Under the pieces are notes generated by a model. It was not told the DNA's origin. It saw only the letters and a list, made by a program, of their open reading frames with translations, and made no database searches. Shown one piece after another: positions 61,816-64,000 of a stretch of 64,000 nt of DNA; the first letter of the stretch is position 1, and every line of letters starts with the position of its first letter. The stretch is taken from the NCBI GenBank assembly GCA_043810775.1, contig JBDRNU010000025.1:48417-112416 (forward strand). Direction: 5' to 3'. The position numbers were made by a program, and so were the translations under genes. The stretch comes from an archaeon. Lineage in GTDB: Archaea > Nanobdellota > Nanobdellia > Pacearchaeales > GW2011-AR1.

Positions 61816-63373
61816 AATTGTATTCTATTATTTGAGTATCTGGCTGGTCTGCTGAGCTTCCAAATAGTTTTATTCTTGCATTAAGCATTAAGGCTCTGAA
61901 GATTAGTATTGGTGCGAGTAATTTCTGGTTTGCTGTTCTTTTTCCAAGATTTTTTTCAATTTCCTTTATCAGATTAGATATATTATTTTTTATTTTCTTA
62001 TTTACAAATAGCTTTGAGGTGTATACTAATGGCAATAAGTTATGGCATTCTAATCCTGCCTCTTTTGCATTTCTTGCAAGGAATTTATTTCCTGAATTTT
62101 TGTATTTTTTATAGCGTAAAAGTTTTGTTTCAATAAATCTTATTAGTGAAGGGCCTGAATCTTTAAGCTCATTTTTTTTAATATTTATCTTTATTTTTTC
62201 AAGCTCTTTTTTTGAGAAATAAGGGTGTTTAAACATGAGGTGAGATGCATCATACTCTTTCCAGGGCCTGTTAAGGAGCTTGTTTTGTTTTTTTAAACTG
62301 CTGTATAGTGGAGTTCCAGGGGGCGCGGTGTATATATGATATTGTTTAAATTCTCCGCTTAGTGACAGAAAATAATTTATATCTTCTTTTAATTTTTCTT
62401 TATTATGGAATGGATAACCTATTATAAATGAAATAATAAGATGAATCCCTGAGTTATGCAGGGAGCTTGTAAGTTTTTTTATGTCTATTTTGTGCAGTTT
62501 TGGATATTTTACAAATTTTGATTCAGCTGAAATCCAGATTTTATTTATCCCGATTTCCAGCAATTCTTCTGGAGTATATTCTGAAACTGCTTTTAGTGTT
62601 CCAAAACACATTAGATCAAATGAATCGTTGTTTTTCTTAATTATTTTTCCCAGACTTTTAACTAGTTTTTTATTTTCTAAAAAATTTTCATCAACAATCA
62701 TTATATAATTTGTATTTTGATGTTTTAGTGCTTTGTAGATTTCTTCTGCTGTTTTTAGTATATAGATTTTCTTTTTATGAAAAAAGTAACTTGTATTACA
62801 GAATTCACAGCCTCCAGTGCATCCTAAAGCTACTAAAACTAGCCCTGGTTTTGTTTTTTTTGACATAAGTTTGGTTCCCATTATTGAGTACTTTGAGTTA
62901 TATGGCTCCCAGGCTTGCTTTATTTCTGAAAATTTTTTTTCATTTAGCAGATTTTTCATGAAATTCACGCCCTCTTCCCTGCATACATAATCTGCTATTT
63001 CTGAAGCTTCTGGGATAACTGTTCCGTAGCCTCCAAGCACAATTTTAGAGCTTGGAGAGTATTTTCTGACTAGCTTGCACATATCCCTTACTTTTTCAAA
63101 TGCAAGACTCATGAATCCTATACAAACATAATCATAATTTTTCCTGATTTCTTTTATAAATTCTTTTCTTGTGGGAAAGTCAAGAACTGTTGAGGGAGTT
63201 TCTATGTTTTGAGCCAGGTACTGTAAGGAATAAGTTGGCTCTATTGCCCTTATTGTAAATAATCCTTCATCTCCTATATTTGACATAAAAAATTCCATGG
63301 GAGCAGAGGGGCAGTTGTAAAAGTCATTTGTGCCAAAAGGCTTGTAAACAGATGTAAATAATAACTTTGTCAT
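61808..63373 (-). CDS. B12-binding-domain radical SAM protein
   Basis: N-terminal Rossmann-like DYVCIGFMSLAFEKV...KIVLGGYG, then LGCTGGCEFCNT (CxxxCxxC). Confidence 0.7.
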   Translation of the reverse strand: MTKLLFTSVYKPFGTNDFYNCPSAPMEFFMSNIGDEGLFTIRAIEPTYSLQYLAQNIETPSTVLDFPTRKEFIKEIRKNYDYVCIGFMSLAFEKVRDMCKLVRKYSPSSKIVLGGYGTVIPEASEIADYVCREEGVNFMKNLLNEKKFSEIKQAWEPYNSKYSIMGTKLMSKKTKPGLVLVALGCTGGCEFCNTSYFFHKKKIYILKTAEEIYKALKHQNTNYIMIVDENFLENKKLVKSLGKIIKKNNDSFDLMCFGTLKAVSEYTPEELLEIGINKIWISAESKFVKYPKLHKIDIKKLTSSLHNSGIHLIISFIIGYPFHNKEKLKEDINYFLSLSGEFKQYHIYTAPPGTPLYSSLKKQNKLLNRPWKEYDASHLMFKHPYFSKKELEKIKINIKKNELKDSGPSLIRFIETKLLRYKKYKNSGNKFLARNAKEAGLECHNLLPLVYTSKLFVNKKIKNNISNLIKEIEKNLGKRTANQKLLAPILIFRALMLNARIKLFGSSADQPDTQIIEYNFS

Positions 63374-63429
63374 AAATTGAGTTAATACATTTAACTTATA
63401 AAGATTATTGTGTTTAAAACCTTAAATTT

Positions 63430-64000
63430 TTAATTTTTGGCTATTATTTGACCAAGTATTTTAGCCTTTTGAATTAAAATTTTTGATTTTACAAAAGTTA
63501 TGTTTTGAGAAATAAAGGCATAAATTTTATCTATATTTAGAAGTAATTTATGGTGCTTTTGAATTTCATTAATTAGATTTGGATTAAGAAGATATTTTAT
63601 CATAAATCCTGGAAGTGCCCCGTATTTTTTCTGTGTTGATTTTCCTTTCATAAGATATAAGATGCAGTTGAGATATAGATTATTTTTTTTAATTCTGAAA
63701 TTTGAATATACTTCGGATAAATTTATATTATCTTTACCAAGTATTTTTATATTAAGCAGATTATTTTTAAGTGCTTTATAGTATAGGGGCATTCCTGGAT
63801 CAAATACTAAACTATAAACATACAAACAATATGGTTTAGGTATTTCTAACAGGAAATTAATTGTTTGAAGAATATCTTCTTTTGTTTCGTAAGGATTATT
63901 TATGATAATCTCATATATTAAGGGTTCTATATCTTCTTTATATTTATTTATTAGCTGAATAGCTTTTAGCGTCTGCTGTTTTGTAATTGGCCTTCCATAA
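63430..64000 (-). CDS. C-terminal part of another radical SAM-like protein; the 5' end lies beyond the window
   Basis: The frame stays open from the track ORF (63430..63825, TTG) up to base 64000 (YGRPITKQQTLKAIQLINKYKEDIEPLIYEIIINNPYETKEDILQTINFLLEIPKPYCLYVYSLVFDPGMPLY). This resembles the post-barrel region of B12-binding radical SAM enzymes. Confidence 0.5.
   Translation of the reverse strand, partial: YGRPITKQQTLKAIQLINKYKEDIEPLIYEIIINNPYETKEDILQTINFLLEIPKPYCLYVYSLVFDPGMPLYYKALKNNLLNIKILGKDNINLSEVYSNFRIKKNNLYLNCILYLMKGKSTQKKYGALPGFMIKYLLNPNLINEIQKHHKLLLNIDKIYAFISQNITFVKSKILIQKAKILGQIIAKN

Noticed and set aside
1-64000. CRISPR arrays, rRNA genes, IS elements
   Set aside because: No regularly spaced direct repeats, no rRNA-like sequence and no transposase- or integrase-like ORF were seen in the six-frame track or the sequence.

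Overview
AT-rich archaeal window. Gene content suggests a DPANN-like lineage: archaeal/eukaryal-type PheRS alpha and beta, an Rpp30-like RNase P subunit, archaeal UMP kinase, DUF357, recurring BRE/TATA promoters, and two ~2,500-aa membrane-anchored surface proteins. The lineage assignment is inference. Layout: giant S8-protease surface protein (256-7830); Nudix / HTH-Nudix / MazEF / Dus block (7.8-10.9 kb); a ~20-kb minus-strand array (11.0-31.0 kb); tRNA-Glu with a duplicated 3' end; a kinase-like/histidine-phosphatase gene pair; a ~3.6-kb toxin-antitoxin islet bounded by tRNA-Gln 3'-end repeats; tRNA-Gln and tRNA-Thr; pheS-mazG-like-pheT; a second giant surface protein (41570-49210); housekeeping genes and another TA pair; then a glycan biosynthesis/export cluster rich in radical SAM genes (52.2-64 kb). 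The stand-out feature is the 11.0-31.0 kb array. Nine co-oriented genes carry 11 complete and one half copy of the phosphohistidine swivel (PEP-utilizer mobile) domain, and the catalytic His is intact in every copy. The array has only one PpsA/PPDK-type ATP-grasp and no recognisable PEP/pyruvate TIM barrel. Three members carry an N-terminal MerR-type HTH. A 1667-aa member strings ATP-grasp + 3.5 swivel modules in one chain. I interpret this as a candidate multi-branch His-phosphotransfer (dikinase-like) system; that function is inference only. CDS coordinates follow the supplied ORF track. Hand-derived coordinates (tRNAs, repeats, motifs) may be off by 1-2 nt. No CRISPR array, rRNA, integrase or transposase was seen.
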